Virus record (IMG/VR): IMGVR_UViG_3300014613_000030
Location: 1-56,994 of that record
Length of the DNA: 56,994 nucleotides
Reading direction: 5' to 3' (one strand)
Source: a virus
Taxonomy: Duplodnaviria > Caudoviricetes
Below are positions 35,722-45,318 of this stretch, one piece after another. Both the position numbers and the translations under genes were made by a program. How positions within the stretch are numbered: position 1 is the first letter of the stretch; the number at the start of each line of letters is the position of its first letter. The notes beneath the pieces were generated by a model. That model ran no database searches, was not told where the DNA came from, and saw nothing but the letters and a program-made list of their open reading frames with translations.

Positions 35722-37392
35722 TTATCTTCTAACCACATGAATCTCTTTTATTCGTTCAGAAATAATTTTTTTCAAATCCTTAGGTGATTTTATGTACACT
35801 ATATCGAAGTTCTTTTCTTTTTCATATACTTTAATTCTATTTAATGAATGTTTGGCAAGTGTTGGAGTATGCATGTCACACATATCTAACCAGAGTACCC
35901 TTTGCAATCTTTTCCTATCAATGTCTTTGGATAAAGGATTTTTTACTTTTCTTAATATTCTACCTATTTGTTGAACAATATTCCCTTCATATTTTTCAGC
36001 ACTTGCTCTTATTCCTGCATTTGCTTCAGGAAAATCAACTCCTTCATTCAATATACTTGTACATACTATTGACCTCATTTTCCCACTAGTGAATGCATCA
36101 AGAGCTTTTTTCCTAATTACTTGTTGATCACTTCCAGATAAAAACATTATTTCTTTTTCATTAATCTTAAAAAGATCAATTGACATATTATATATATCAG
36201 TGCCATGATTTTTTTCTCGCACAAACAAAACAGTGTTCAAATTAGACCTGTGAAATACAGATAATACTTTAGCCAATACAGCACTCCTTTTTTGATTATT
36301 TGAAATACCACCAGAATATTCTTCTCTCCAGTTTTCATATTCTTCATCCTTATTGACATCAAAGGGTAATAAAAGAACTGTAGGTTTAGCCAAATATCCT
36401 TGATCTATCATCCATGAAAGGGATCTTTTGAATATTATATCTCCAGTTACTGCATGAAGCATCATATTATCATTACTTGCTCTCATATAAGTAGCCGTAG
36501 TTCCTATTCTTATAGAAGCATTATTTGTTTTGTAAATAGCTTCCTTAAAGGTCTTTGCGGGAGAATGATGTGCTTCATCCAAGAATAACACGTCTGTTGA
36601 GGATAATAGTTTTTCAGTCTTTAATTTTTTCTCTATTTTATCTTCCTTTTCGATAAGGAATTGCATTGCAGTTTTTTTCTTGGATGATTTTCTTAATCTT
36701 TCTGGATGTATCATGAACCTCGAAATCGTGTTTATACTTGCAACTGTAATCCTTTGTTCATCCCATATTCCTTCTCCGATAAATCCTATATCCTTTTTTT
36801 GAAATTTCTGCATTTCATCTCTTAATTGAGATAATAATGTTATCCCTCCAGTGATTAATAATATCTTAGCAGACTCTTCGGTATGGAGATCTATTGCTTT
36901 TATGATTAAATTGATTATTGCAGTTTTACCACCTCCGGTTGGTATATTTATTATCCCAACCATTTGCTTAAGGCTTTGTATTACTGCCTTTTTCTGATAT
37001 GGTCTTGGGATGAATCCGGCCTTAGATTTAAAAGCTTTTGCAATGGTTTCATCCTTAATGCTGTATTGTTTTCGTATATCCTTTATTTTTACCTCAATAT
37101 CATTTTTTGTTAGAATTTTTATGACTTCTTCTGAGAATCCTGTAGGAAATGATTTAAGAGTCCAGTTGAATAATCTTATTATTCCATCCCATATTCCGTT
37201 TCTATATGCTGGAGTAAAATGTGCTCCTTCGAAATAGTATGATAGTTTATTATCTATTTTGTCTAAAATGGCCATTCCGGGATTTCCATAGATTTTAGAA
37301 AAAACATTTCCAATTATGACAACAACTTTGTCACTTCTTAGATCTGATACCTTTTTCGATTCTTCTATTTTAGATAGTATGTTTTTTGACAT
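35722..37392 (-). CDS. Superfamily 2 helicase (UvsW/XPB-like)
   Basis: RPYQ, PTGGGKT, DEAHH, TAT, EGVDFP, QQIGRILR. Confidence 0.92.
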   Translation of the reverse strand: MSKNILSKIEESKKVSDLRSDKVVVIIGNVFSKIYGNPGMAILDKIDNKLSYYFEGAHFTPAYRNGIWDGIIRLFNWTLKSFPTGFSEEVIKILTKNDIEVKIKDIRKQYSIKDETIAKAFKSKAGFIPRPYQKKAVIQSLKQMVGIINIPTGGGKTAIINLIIKAIDLHTEESAKILLITGGITLLSQLRDEMQKFQKKDIGFIGEGIWDEQRITVASINTISRFMIHPERLRKSSKKKTAMQFLIEKEDKIEKKLKTEKLLSSTDVLFLDEAHHSPAKTFKEAIYKTNNASIRIGTTATYMRASNDNMMLHAVTGDIIFKRSLSWMIDQGYLAKPTVLLLPFDVNKDEEYENWREEYSGGISNNQKRSAVLAKVLSVFHRSNLNTVLFVREKNHGTDIYNMSIDLFKINEKEIMFLSGSDQQVIRKKALDAFTSGKMRSIVCTSILNEGVDFPEANAGIRASAEKYEGNIVQQIGRILRKVKNPLSKDIDRKRLQRVLWLDMCDMHTPTLAKHSLNRIKVYEKEKNFDIVYIKSPKDLKKIISERIKEIHVVRR

Positions 37393-37424
37393 ATTGCTCT
37401 CTTTATTTTCTAAATTGGTTTGTT

Positions 37425-37453
37425 TTTATACAACAGTAAACCAAAAAACGCAA
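37425..37453 (-). promoter_or_regulatory. Sigma70-type promoter at the head of the replication operon
   Basis: TTGCGT-17 nt-TATAAA. Confidence 0.65.
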
Positions 37454-37513
37454 AAATTAACCATTTTCTTTACAAGATTATGGAAGTCCATTTAATTACC
37501 TTGATACAAAATT

Positions 37514-37837
37514 CTAATTGGTTAATCTTTGCCCATCAACGATTGCATAATGGTACCATCCGTTTTTTGAACATATCTGATTATTTACATTAAGTTTGAT
37601 GCTAAATGTATTTTCAAATATTAAAACTCTCCCATCTTTAAAATATATTATAGTCTTAGTTATATCCGGACCAAATGTTGATGGTTTGTGTACATATTTA
37701 ACATCAACCGGTGTCCCTTCTGCTCTTATGTTATGAATTAGTTTAACGGAATCAGCTTTAAGTTTGGTTTCCTCGGTATTGCAACAACCTGCAATTAGAA
37801 TTAATAATATGGTCATGATAACTATTAATTTTCTCAT
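37514..37837 (-). CDS. Putative lipoprotein
   Basis: MRK + hydrophobic stretch + LIAG/C lipobox. Confidence 0.7.
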   Translation of the reverse strand: MRKLIVIMTILLILIAGCCNTEETKLKADSVKLIHNIRAEGTPVDVKYVHKPSTFGPDITKTIIYFKDGRVLIFENTFSIKLNVNNQICSKNGWYHYAIVDGQRLTN

Positions 37838-38019
37838 TCACTAACCTCTTTTTCATCATTTTCTAAAATCATTGTTTCATCTCCCAACGAAGCTCCTTCA
37901 TTAATCCAGCCGATTCCGACCCATCTATATCTGACTCCGTTGTCATTAACCAATTCGGGTAGGTTTTTACTGTTGCAGGTTACAAGTCTTTCTAATTCGT
38001 TTCTTTTAATCGTTTTCAT
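37834..38019 (-). CDS. Small hypothetical protein
   Basis: WVGIGW motif; AAGGAG RBS. Confidence 0.7.
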   Translation of the reverse strand: MKTIKRNELERLVTCNSKNLPELVNDNGVRYRWVGIGWINEGASLGDETMILENDEKEVSE

Positions 38020-38290
38020 ATGATCTTTCTCCTTAGTAAATAAAAAGAATGTGTAAAGTTTTTTTTTATTTAAACTGTTAAAATAAGATTTGAATTTGAT
38101 AGCCTATTTTCTATTTTTTAACTGATAAAATTTTTAGGTGGTTTAGACTAAAGTTGGTGTATAAGGGGGGGGAAGGGGGGGTTTATCAACAAACAACTAC
38201 TTACTAAAACCTTCACCACTTAAACATCCCATCTACTAATCCCCAATCACTTAAATAATTCATCAATTAACCTACTTAAAACTCTCTAAT

Positions 38291-38334
38291 ATCGGATCTC
38301 TGATCCGATGATAAGAGTGATATCACTCTTATCA
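38291..38334. repeat. Adjoining inverted repeats
   Basis: ATCGGATC-tct-GATCCGAT (38291-38309) and the perfect 26-bp palindrome TGATAAGAGTGATATCACTCTTATCA (38309-38334). Confidence 0.92.
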
Positions 38335-38371
38335 ATACGAAAAAACTAAACAACAAACATTTAATCTGCTC

Positions 38372-38424
38372 ATAACTAATTCCTAAATAACTAATTCCCA
38401 AATAACTAATTCCTAAATAACTAA
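38372..38424. repeat. 15-bp tandem repeat, about 3.5 copies (iteron-like)
   Basis: ATAACTAATTCCYAA at 38372, 38387 and 38402, plus a partial at 38417. Confidence 0.92.
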
Positions 38425-38429
38425 AAGGC

Positions 38430-38948
38430 TTAAGGCTTAAGGCGTACTTCATCCTTTTTAGATCGAACTACTCTCTTTGGCTTTCTCTTCATTTCTTCTG
38501 AAATGCTTATTGGTCTATCAAATAGCATTACAGATTTAGTTTTATCTGATAAGGGTCCGAAGTAAGCGACTCTCCATCCTTTTTCATAAAGCTCATCTAT
38601 TTTCTCAAGACTGATTTTATCTCCTTGCAAGGATAATATTTTAAATCTAATTCCATTTCTCACTGCTTCTTCTATTTTCATATTGGAATTTCTTTCAATA
38701 TATTCTCCATGTTCGCTAATCAGCTCTTTGCTTATTATAGCCTTAAGCATTTCAGTTCTTTCATATACTTTGTCTTCAATTATTTTGATTATCCTTTTAC
38801 TCATACTTTTAGCCACTGATTCATTAACCTTTTCATCAATCATGTCGACTGCCAGTTTGAGATCAGTTAATGATAATCTCATTTTCTTAAATTTCGATCT
38901 CAACTTGGCAACTGGATCTTCTTTGATTCTTATTGGCTTTCTCTTCAT
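38430..38948 (-). CDS. Hypothetical protein
   Basis: 172 aa; coiled-coil-like N-terminus. Confidence 0.72.
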   Translation of the reverse strand: MKRKPIRIKEDPVAKLRSKFKKMRLSLTDLKLAVDMIDEKVNESVAKSMSKRIIKIIEDKVYERTEMLKAIISKELISEHGEYIERNSNMKIEEAVRNGIRFKILSLQGDKISLEKIDELYEKGWRVAYFGPLSDKTKSVMLFDRPISISEEMKRKPKRVVRSKKDEVRLKP

Positions 38949-39496
38949 TTCACATAACCTCCTTTTACCATACTTCCTATATAACCTCCTTCTGACATGT
39001 TTAATGACCTTTTTGGTATGATCTCTCCTTCATTTCTTAATTCGTTTAGTCTTTCCCATAAGTTTAAACTTACACTGTTTTTATCTTTAATCGTATCAAA
39101 TTGTAATACGCCATATGCAGGGTCTATCTCTTCTCCTCTTTGGCTATACGCTTCAATGAATCTATCTTCTGCCATGTTCATTTCATGCCAGATAATTGAA
39201 AATTCTTCTAATGTATTAATCGGAAAAAGTATGGGCTTAAAATCATCAATCTCTTCAGCAAAGCCTTTTCTGATCAACCAATCTTTGATTTTAGGTTTAT
39301 CGTTTAACCAAATTCCGATGACTGATTGCATATCAACAAAAATTGGGGTATTAATATGAAATCCTTTATCATTACAGAATTCTTCAAACGAATGCCAAAT
39401 TATTTCTGCTTCATTGCAAGAATTAAGTATGTCTTTCACTTCTTCATATATAGATGATCTGGTTAATTCCTTAAATGTATTGATTAATTTTTTCAT
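38945..39496 (-). CDS. Hypothetical protein (paralog of 51743..52207)
   Basis: Shared WL...GFAE....F.P....T.EE...H motif. Confidence 0.72.
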   Translation of the reverse strand: MKKLINTFKELTRSSIYEEVKDILNSCNEAEIIWHSFEEFCNDKGFHINTPIFVDMQSVIGIWLNDKPKIKDWLIRKGFAEEIDDFKPILFPINTLEEFSIIWHEMNMAEDRFIEAYSQRGEEIDPAYGVLQFDTIKDKNSVSLNLWERLNELRNEGEIIPKRSLNMSEGGYIGSMVKGGYVK

Positions 39497-39509
39497 TTGT
39501 TTTCCTCCT

Positions 39510-39734
39510 TTATCTGTAAAAAGTTACGAAATCTCCAAATTCTCTTTCCAGAACGGCGAGAAGATTTTCATAATCCCCTGACATCATTTCGGCCTGAATA
39601 GGTTCCCATTTTCTACTTAATTGCTTGGACCATTCCTTGGCCATGCCTATTAAAGCAAATGCATTTCCGTTGGGTCCTGTCAGGTCGATTTCACAATTTC
39701 TCTGCTTTTTTTCTCCAATACTTTTAATTGTCAT
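39510..39734 (-). CDS. Small phage protein
   Basis: IDLTGPNGNAFAL...SGDYENL motif; GGAGG RBS. Confidence 0.75.
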   Translation of the reverse strand: MTIKSIGEKKQRNCEIDLTGPNGNAFALIGMAKEWSKQLSRKWEPIQAEMMSGDYENLLAVLEREFGDFVTFYR

Positions 39735-40009
39735 TTTTTCAATCCCTCCGTGACATTTTTCATGATTACTTTCTTCATATTATTCTCCTTTCCCTTCTTT
39801 AATCAAATCCTTAGGTGCATAATATTCATAATGTCTATCAGAAAATCTAACCTTAACTGGTCTGTTTGGTCCATAATGTTTTGTTTCTTTAATTGCAATT
39901 ATTTTAACTCTTTCTTTCGCTATATCCTCTATAACAATATCACCTACTTTTATTTCTTCTAATTTCATTTTTTCAATCCCTCCGTGACATTTTTCATGAT
40001 TACTTTCTT
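39731..40009. repeat. 45-bp perfect direct repeat flanking one small gene
   Basis: TCATTTTTTCAATCCCTCCGTGACATTTTTCATGATTACTTTCTT at 39731-39775 and 39965-40009. Confidence 0.95.
39780..39968 (-). CDS. Small beta-rich (SH3/KOW-like) protein
   Basis: IKVGDIV...VKII.I...VKVRF pattern. Confidence 0.65.
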   Translation of the reverse strand: MKLEEIKVGDIVIEDIAKERVKIIAIKETKHYGPNRPVKVRFSDRHYEYYAPKDLIKEGKGE

Positions 40010-40708
40010 AATTATCCTCATACCTATTTCTACTGACCTAACATTTACATTTAAATACATTGACAAAATTTTGTAAGTAGGAACTATATTCTTCCTTATC
40101 CTAAAGCCATTATTCCCTTGGGCTCTTCGATGGCAGTTCCAATGAAAAGTTGCGAAGTCAACAAAATTTTCTTTATTATAATAAAGTGTATCAAAAAGTT
40201 TCAATGAAAAGCTCCTTAGCCTTTTAATAAATCTATCTGGTTTGTAGACTTGTTTATTTAGATCTTTTCTTATTTTTTTAAAAAGATGTTTTTCGGCTAA
40301 TATAAAATCGCCATCAACTTCTAGTGAATCTATTGTTTCAATCAAAAGCATATTGATATCATTGGTTTTGCTGAAAATATCTTCAAAAGAAGATACTCTT
40401 TTTAGTTTCGCATTGTTTCTCCTTATCATATTTATTAAATGGTTTGTGGCGATTTTTGTAACATATGTCCTCAATGAAGCTTTGTTGCTGTCAAATGGAT
40501 TGGATAACAAGGATACAAATACTTTTTCCCTTATTTCTTGGCACAAATCATCCTGGTCAATAGCAGGGTCTTTCCAAAATGTTTTTCTCCATCTTCTGCT
40601 TATCCTTATAAGAGTCCTGTCTGACTCTTTTAGCATATTTGAAACCTTTTTCATTGAAACTTTTTTCATTTTATCGTCTCGTATTGGATGAGAATAGTTT
40701 CTTTGCAA
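39965..40708 (-). CDS. Phage RNA polymerase sigma70-family factor
   Basis: Region 2-like DQDDLCQE...FDSNKASLRTYV..IA.N..IN..R; C-terminal HTH-like segment. Confidence 0.8.
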   Translation of the reverse strand: MQRNYSHPIRDDKMKKVSMKKVSNMLKESDRTLIRISRRWRKTFWKDPAIDQDDLCQEIREKVFVSLLSNPFDSNKASLRTYVTKIATNHLINMIRRNNAKLKRVSSFEDIFSKTNDINMLLIETIDSLEVDGDFILAEKHLFKKIRKDLNKQVYKPDRFIKRLRSFSLKLFDTLYYNKENFVDFATFHWNCHRRAQGNNGFRIRKNIVPTYKILSMYLNVNVRSVEIGMRIIKKVIMKNVTEGLKK

Positions 40709-41405
40709 GTTCTCCTTCTGGGATATTATTATCTTTTTCTATTATTTCTTTTGCCCATTTTCTCATTTTGTCTGCATCATCTTTTTTACATTTAAATGTG
40801 ACTATGACACTTTCCACTACCTCTCTATACTTTTCATAGTGATCTACTTTTTCTTCTTCATGTGTGGAGAATATGTCATATGGATCTTCTGTTGTGAATA
40901 AACCTGCTGGAGATCCAATTTTCATGTTTAGCAGATTGTCATATTCATTATAATCAGTTTTTCTTTCAGAAAAATCACATTTACAGTTTTCATTATATCT
41001 TTTACATTTTACACATATTACTTTGTTAATATTGTCTATGATGTTGTTTAGATTAAGAATGACAACATTATTTTTTCCGTCACAAAGCATTTCAGCTATT
41101 GCTTCACCTACTTCACTTTCGTCATATACTATGAAAAAATGAGCAACTATTGATATAAGTTTGTCAATTCTTATATCTGTGCATCCCACATTTGTAATTT
41201 TAACAGTTGCATCAGCAACTGCAAACCACATTGTTCTAATATCTAAACTAACAATGCGGAAGTTATCAATGAAACATTGGCCGATATTTATTCTATCTGA
41301 ATTCTGGCAAATAATTTCCTTTGTTTTTTGTAGCATTACCGTATTGATAACTTCCGGTTTATTCGGGATGCCAATTATGTTTTTCATTTCTTTCCTCCTC
41401 TTCAA
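40671..41405 (-). CDS. Hypothetical protein
   Basis: 244-aa ORF with a CxxC...CxC cluster. Confidence 0.65.
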   Translation of the reverse strand: MKRRKEMKNIIGIPNKPEVINTVMLQKTKEIICQNSDRINIGQCFIDNFRIVSLDIRTMWFAVADATVKITNVGCTDIRIDKLISIVAHFFIVYDESEVGEAIAEMLCDGKNNVVILNLNNIIDNINKVICVKCKRYNENCKCDFSERKTDYNEYDNLLNMKIGSPAGLFTTEDPYDIFSTHEEEKVDHYEKYREVVESVIVTFKCKKDDADKMRKWAKEIIEKDNNIPEGELAKKLFSSNTRR

Positions 41406-41583
41406 TCTTTTTTAGTTCGCTTATACTTTCCTCCTCTATGGCCTCATAGTCGTCCATTTTTTCTTCTAATCTTTTTATTATCTTATCAATATTTTCTTCA
41501 GTTAAAGTCTTATAACACAAGAACTTGAGCTCATTGAAGATCTTTAATAGAAGGTCTCCTAAATATAAGTATAGTTTTTTCAT
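41359..41583 (-). CDS. Hypothetical protein
   Basis: 74 aa; AAGGAG RBS. Confidence 0.6.
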   Translation of the reverse strand: MKKLYLYLGDLLLKIFNELKFLCYKTLTEENIDKIIKRLEEKMDDYEAIEEESISELKKIEEEERNEKHNWHPE

Positions 41584-41614
41584 ACTTCATCTTTATCTCC
41601 TTTTATTTTTTTGG

Positions 41615-41809
41615 TTAAAAAGATGTACAAATTTCGGATAATGCTTCAAATAATAATTCTCTTTTGTTCAGGAATATATGTGATGAACTTAAAATGATAT
41701 CTTCTATTTCTGAATATGTTCTACAAACCTCTACATGGCTGCAATCATTACAGCTTTTCTTCTTTTTCTCTGTTTCTACAAATTTTCTAATTTCTGCTTC
41801 TTGTCCCAT
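41615..41809 (-). CDS. Small Cys-containing protein
   Basis: CNDCSH..VC...C. Confidence 0.65.
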   Translation of the reverse strand: MGQEAEIRKFVETEKKKKSCNDCSHVEVCRTYSEIEDIILSSSHIFLNKRELLFEALSEICTSF

Positions 41810-41812
41810 TCA

Positions 41813-42070
41813 TTATTCTCCTTTAAGATTCATAAATTTGATAGAATCTGATGTTACTAATATCATTTTTAAATCTTTTATGTTTATGATTTTTCTTTCT
41901 GTTAATGTACTTATTAATTTTGCTAAAATTTCGGTTGTATTGTTCATTATGGTTTCAATTGATTCTATTTTTCCTTCGCCATGAAATGTTCTTTCCAACT
42001 TAGATATCAAATAATCATATAATTCAATTTCTTTCTCTTTTTCCCCGATTTTTTTAACTTTTACTTTCAA
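41813..42070 (-). CDS. Hypothetical protein
   Basis: 85-aa ORF within the operon. Confidence 0.6.
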   Translation of the reverse strand: MKVKVKKIGEKEKEIELYDYLISKLERTFHGEGKIESIETIMNNTTEILAKLISTLTERKIINIKDLKMILVTSDSIKFMNLKGE

Positions 42071-42410
42071 TTTTCTTCTCCTTTTCTACTAATTTCCATT
42101 CAAGGTCTATCAATCCTAAGACCTTTAATGGTATCTTAGCTTTTTCATATTCAAATTCTTCTAATGTTATTGATTTACATCCATTGCATCTCCTTATTTT
42201 AAAAGTTTCTCCTTTCCTTGCAATAAAATATGAATTAACAATCAATGATGGGCAACAATGACATTTCTGTTGATCATTGATTGGTGCTAGTAACAAAAAT
42301 GTATCATCATTTGCTTGAACAAAGGTATAAGTTTCTCCTTCATAATCTGCTTCAATTATATAAACTTCTTTATCAGAAAAGGTTTTAATATTCTTGTTCT
42401 TCATCATCAT
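42054..42410 (-). CDS. Zn-ribbon protein (resembles 42831..43184)
   Basis: CHC...RRCNGC. Confidence 0.65.
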   Translation of the reverse strand: MMMKNKNIKTFSDKEVYIIEADYEGETYTFVQANDDTFLLLAPINDQQKCHCCPSLIVNSYFIARKGETFKIRRCNGCKSITLEEFEYEKAKIPLKVLGLIDLEWKLVEKEKKIESKS

Positions 42411-42585
42411 CTCTTTTCTCCTCTCCCTTTTCTGATTTCATGTCTAAACTTATTACTTCACCGCAATTTATGCACATTGTTTGTCCAAGCATTCCGTATG
42501 AAATATCTCCTGAATCTACTGATTGTTTGCAATTTCTGCATTTCATGTTGCCCTCCTTACTCATCTGGCATCTCTGTATCCCCAT
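42385..42585 (-). CDS. Small Zn-ribbon protein
   Basis: CRNC...CINCG; probable start MKCRNC after GGAGG. Confidence 0.6.
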   Translation of the reverse strand: MGIQRCQMSKEGNMKCRNCKQSVDSGDISYGMLGQTMCINCGEVISLDMKSEKGEEKRDDDEEQEY

Positions 42586-42847
42586 GTGGTTCTAGACCAG
42601 ATCTTATTCGGCTAATCCATTTTTGATATCCATCATCTCCGATTTCATTACAAATTGCGTCTAATAGACAGTAACCGAGTTCATCCCATCCTATAGAATC
42701 ATCATTCATTACGTGTTTTCTATAAGCTAATTTAACAGCATCTAGTAAATTTGTCATGTTATTTCCTCCATTAATTATAATTTTATTATATAAAACGTTA
42801 ATGTTCTTTGCAAGTAAAAAACTTATACTTTCATTGAATGTAGCCAC
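42557..42847 (-). CDS. Hypothetical protein
   Basis: Probable start MTNLL after GGAGG. Confidence 0.6.
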   Translation of the reverse strand: MATFNESISFLLAKNINVLYNKIIINGGNNMTNLLDAVKLAYRKHVMNDDSIGWDELGYCLLDAICNEIGDDGYQKWISRIRSGLEPHGDTEMPDE

Positions 42848-43184
42848 TTTTTGCTATCCAGTTTTCCATTATTGCTTCCTTAATTAATCCGAATTTTCTT
42901 ATAACTTCCATTTTTGACTTATCATCTATATCAAATATGGTTAAGCAATTGCAATTCAAGCATCTATGGGCAGAAATTAACATACCGTTTCCAACTATTA
43001 TCCCAAATTCTACTCCAATAGGAGTTCCACATTCGCAATAGATATCACTAACTACTGACAAACTTAGATTTCCAACCATTAAAAAATTCATTCTATCGAT
43101 TTTTAAGAAATTGTTTTTATTGATTTGAAAATGAACCCAATTTTCTGGTTCTATGAAATCTACTATATTTAATGTTGTTTGCAT
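42831..43184 (-). CDS. Zn-ribbon protein
   Basis: CECG...HRCLNC. Confidence 0.65.
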   Translation of the reverse strand: MQTTLNIVDFIEPENWVHFQINKNNFLKIDRMNFLMVGNLSLSVVSDIYCECGTPIGVEFGIIVGNGMLISAHRCLNCNCLTIFDIDDKSKMEVIRKFGLIKEAIMENWIAKSGYIQ

Positions 43185-43188
43185 GATT

Positions 43189-45075
43189 TTATATCATTTC
43201 ACGAAATTGTTTTTCAGAGATGATTTTTATTCCCAATTCTCTTGCCTTCATTGCTTTTGTTGATGTGCTATTTTCATCATTGGTTACGAGATAATCTAGT
43301 TTTCTACTTACATTTTTAATTTCACCTCCGTTTTTGGAAACAAGTTTTTCTATTTCTTCTCTAGGCTTTTCCATTGTTCCTGTAAAACAAAATGTTAGTC
43401 CGATTAGTTTGGTTGTTTTTTCTTCTTTGATGAATTTCAATCCTTTCTCTTTAAGAAATGTATATATTAGATAATATTCAGGTAGATTTACATAGAATGA
43501 TTCAGCTATTGCTGGCCCTATTCCTTCGATATTTAGAATTGCTTCTGATAGTAATTTAGCTTTTTTAAATAAAAGATCAAGAGTTTTTAGGTTAAGTTCA
43601 TTGACAATTTTTTCTGCTATTTTTAATCCTATATGTGGAATCCCAAAAGCGGCAAGAAGTTTTTGCGGAGTGGTTCTAAGAGTTTTGTTTCTTTCTTTGA
43701 GGATTGTTTCTGCTGAAATTTCTCCTAAGCCATCAACTGAGGATATTTCATTTTTTGATAGTTCATAGAATTGCATTATGTTGGAAATACTGAGTTTTTC
43801 AATTGTTTTTGCCGATATATTTTCCGCTCCAAGAGTACGCAAAAAATATTCTATCTGCATTAGTGCAGCACCTTTGCAAGACTTATTAGTGCAAGTCAAA
43901 TGCACCCCTTCTATCTTGGTTGGCTTCTGACATGTAGGACATCTTTTCGGGTAAGTAAATGTACCTTTTCTTAAAACTGACTTGATATATGGTATCACAT
44001 CCCCTGATCTTATTATTGAAATTCTTGATCCAATTCCTATGCTTTTGTCTTTAATCCATTTAAAGTTATGGCCTGTTGGATGTTCGATCTCAACACCATT
44101 AATTTCTGTAACATCTACGTGAACAATCGGTATTAGGAAATTGCTTCTTGTGATCGACCATTCAATTTCAGTTACCTTAGTTTCCACAGGTATATCGTCT
44201 ATTTTAAAGGCTATCTTGTTTTTTGGTATTTTAACATTCTCTCTTTTTGATGAATTCTTCGAAAGAACAATGCCATCTACGTCCATAGTTCTAAATTTTC
44301 TTGCTCCCTTCTCTTTCATAAAATCTTCTTTTTCTTTTATTATATTTACAAGCATTTCAATTGTGGATTGGTGTTTAACATGTTCTCTATGAATCAGAAT
44401 CCAAGGAACTCCTTCAAGGCCAATTCTCTCTATTTCTTTTATTCGCTTAACTTCTGAATCAAATTTGCTCATATCTGGATGCATCAATAGTTCATGAAAG
44501 ATAATTGCTATTTTGTTCATGTTTTGTGAATCATCCCGATTCATAATTCCAGAAGCAGCATTTCTTCTTGTTTTATACCCAGATGGCATTGCACCGATCA
44601 ATACAGCTTCTCCTCTGGCGGCAAATCTGCCATGTATATCAATACATATTGGAAAATCTTTTATATGTGACATTTTGCTTGTTATATTTTCTCCAATCTC
44701 TCCATCCCCTCTTGTTGAAGCTAATTTCAATTCACCATTAATCCATTCTGCATAAATAGACAAACCATCCATTTTTAATGATGCAAATATGCTATCCTTC
44801 TGTTCTGCCATCCACTTGGTAACATTGCCAACATTTGTCTTATCTAAGGAGCCCAGGATTAATGGTAGTTTGGTCTTATGCCTTTTAGGGGACGAACCTA
44901 CCTGTTTAAGTACGGGACTATTTGGTTTAAGCTTTCTAAGTTTATCGATAAGTCCATCAAATTCTTGGTCTGAGATTTCAGGTTGTGAGTTATAATATAG
45001 TTCTCTATGCTTCTTAATCTTGTTTTCTAAGTTTTTTATTCTGTCCATTGTCACCTCTTTTTGGTTACTATACAA
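43189..45075 (-). CDS. ligA: NAD-dependent DNA ligase
   Basis: YYN..P.ISD.EFD, SLDK, KMDG, TRGDG..GE, RGE, RNAASG, DGIV, AFK, SGDVIP, CPTC Zn finger, HhH repeats, BRCT; probable start MDRIK at 45048. Confidence 0.96.
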   Translation of the reverse strand: MYSNQKEVTMDRIKNLENKIKKHRELYYNSQPEISDQEFDGLIDKLRKLKPNSPVLKQVGSSPKRHKTKLPLILGSLDKTNVGNVTKWMAEQKDSIFASLKMDGLSIYAEWINGELKLASTRGDGEIGENITSKMSHIKDFPICIDIHGRFAARGEAVLIGAMPSGYKTRRNAASGIMNRDDSQNMNKIAIIFHELLMHPDMSKFDSEVKRIKEIERIGLEGVPWILIHREHVKHQSTIEMLVNIIKEKEDFMKEKGARKFRTMDVDGIVLSKNSSKRENVKIPKNKIAFKIDDIPVETKVTEIEWSITRSNFLIPIVHVDVTEINGVEIEHPTGHNFKWIKDKSIGIGSRISIIRSGDVIPYIKSVLRKGTFTYPKRCPTCQKPTKIEGVHLTCTNKSCKGAALMQIEYFLRTLGAENISAKTIEKLSISNIMQFYELSKNEISSVDGLGEISAETILKERNKTLRTTPQKLLAAFGIPHIGLKIAEKIVNELNLKTLDLLFKKAKLLSEAILNIEGIGPAIAESFYVNLPEYYLIYTFLKEKGLKFIKEEKTTKLIGLTFCFTGTMEKPREEIEKLVSKNGGEIKNVSRKLDYLVTNDENSTSTKAMKARELGIKIISEKQFREMI

Positions 45076-45269
45076 TTTTTGACATATTCGTATATGCCAT
45101 TATGGAGTTCTAGAGCATAAACTTCGCTGTTGATAAAATCACTCCAAATTTTATCAATATTATGTTTCTTTTTTGAAAGAAACCCCCTTTCTTCGTCTTC
45201 ACAATTTGATAAAAAATCTTCAATTTTGCTTTGAGATAATTTATTTAGCCTATCTAGTAATTTCTGCAT
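45051..45269 (-). CDS. Hypothetical protein
   Basis: 72 aa with RBS. Confidence 0.6.
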   Translation of the reverse strand: MQKLLDRLNKLSQSKIEDFLSNCEDEERGFLSKKKHNIDKIWSDFINSEVYALELHNGIYEYVKNCIVTKKR

Positions 45270-45318
45270 TTGATTTCCTTTTTGATTTTTTTCTTTTATG
45301 TTAATCCATCTTTAATTA

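Larger units (their letters stand above)
38020..38429. other. Non-coding candidate replication origin / regulatory region
   Basis: AT-rich tract, G8-AA-G7, two adjoining palindromes, 15-bp tandem repeats. Confidence 0.5.

Noticed and set aside
38309-38334. Protelomerase (telRL) site
   Set aside because: The palindrome is shorter than characterised phage tel sites and no protelomerase is in the window; kept only as an origin-like feature.
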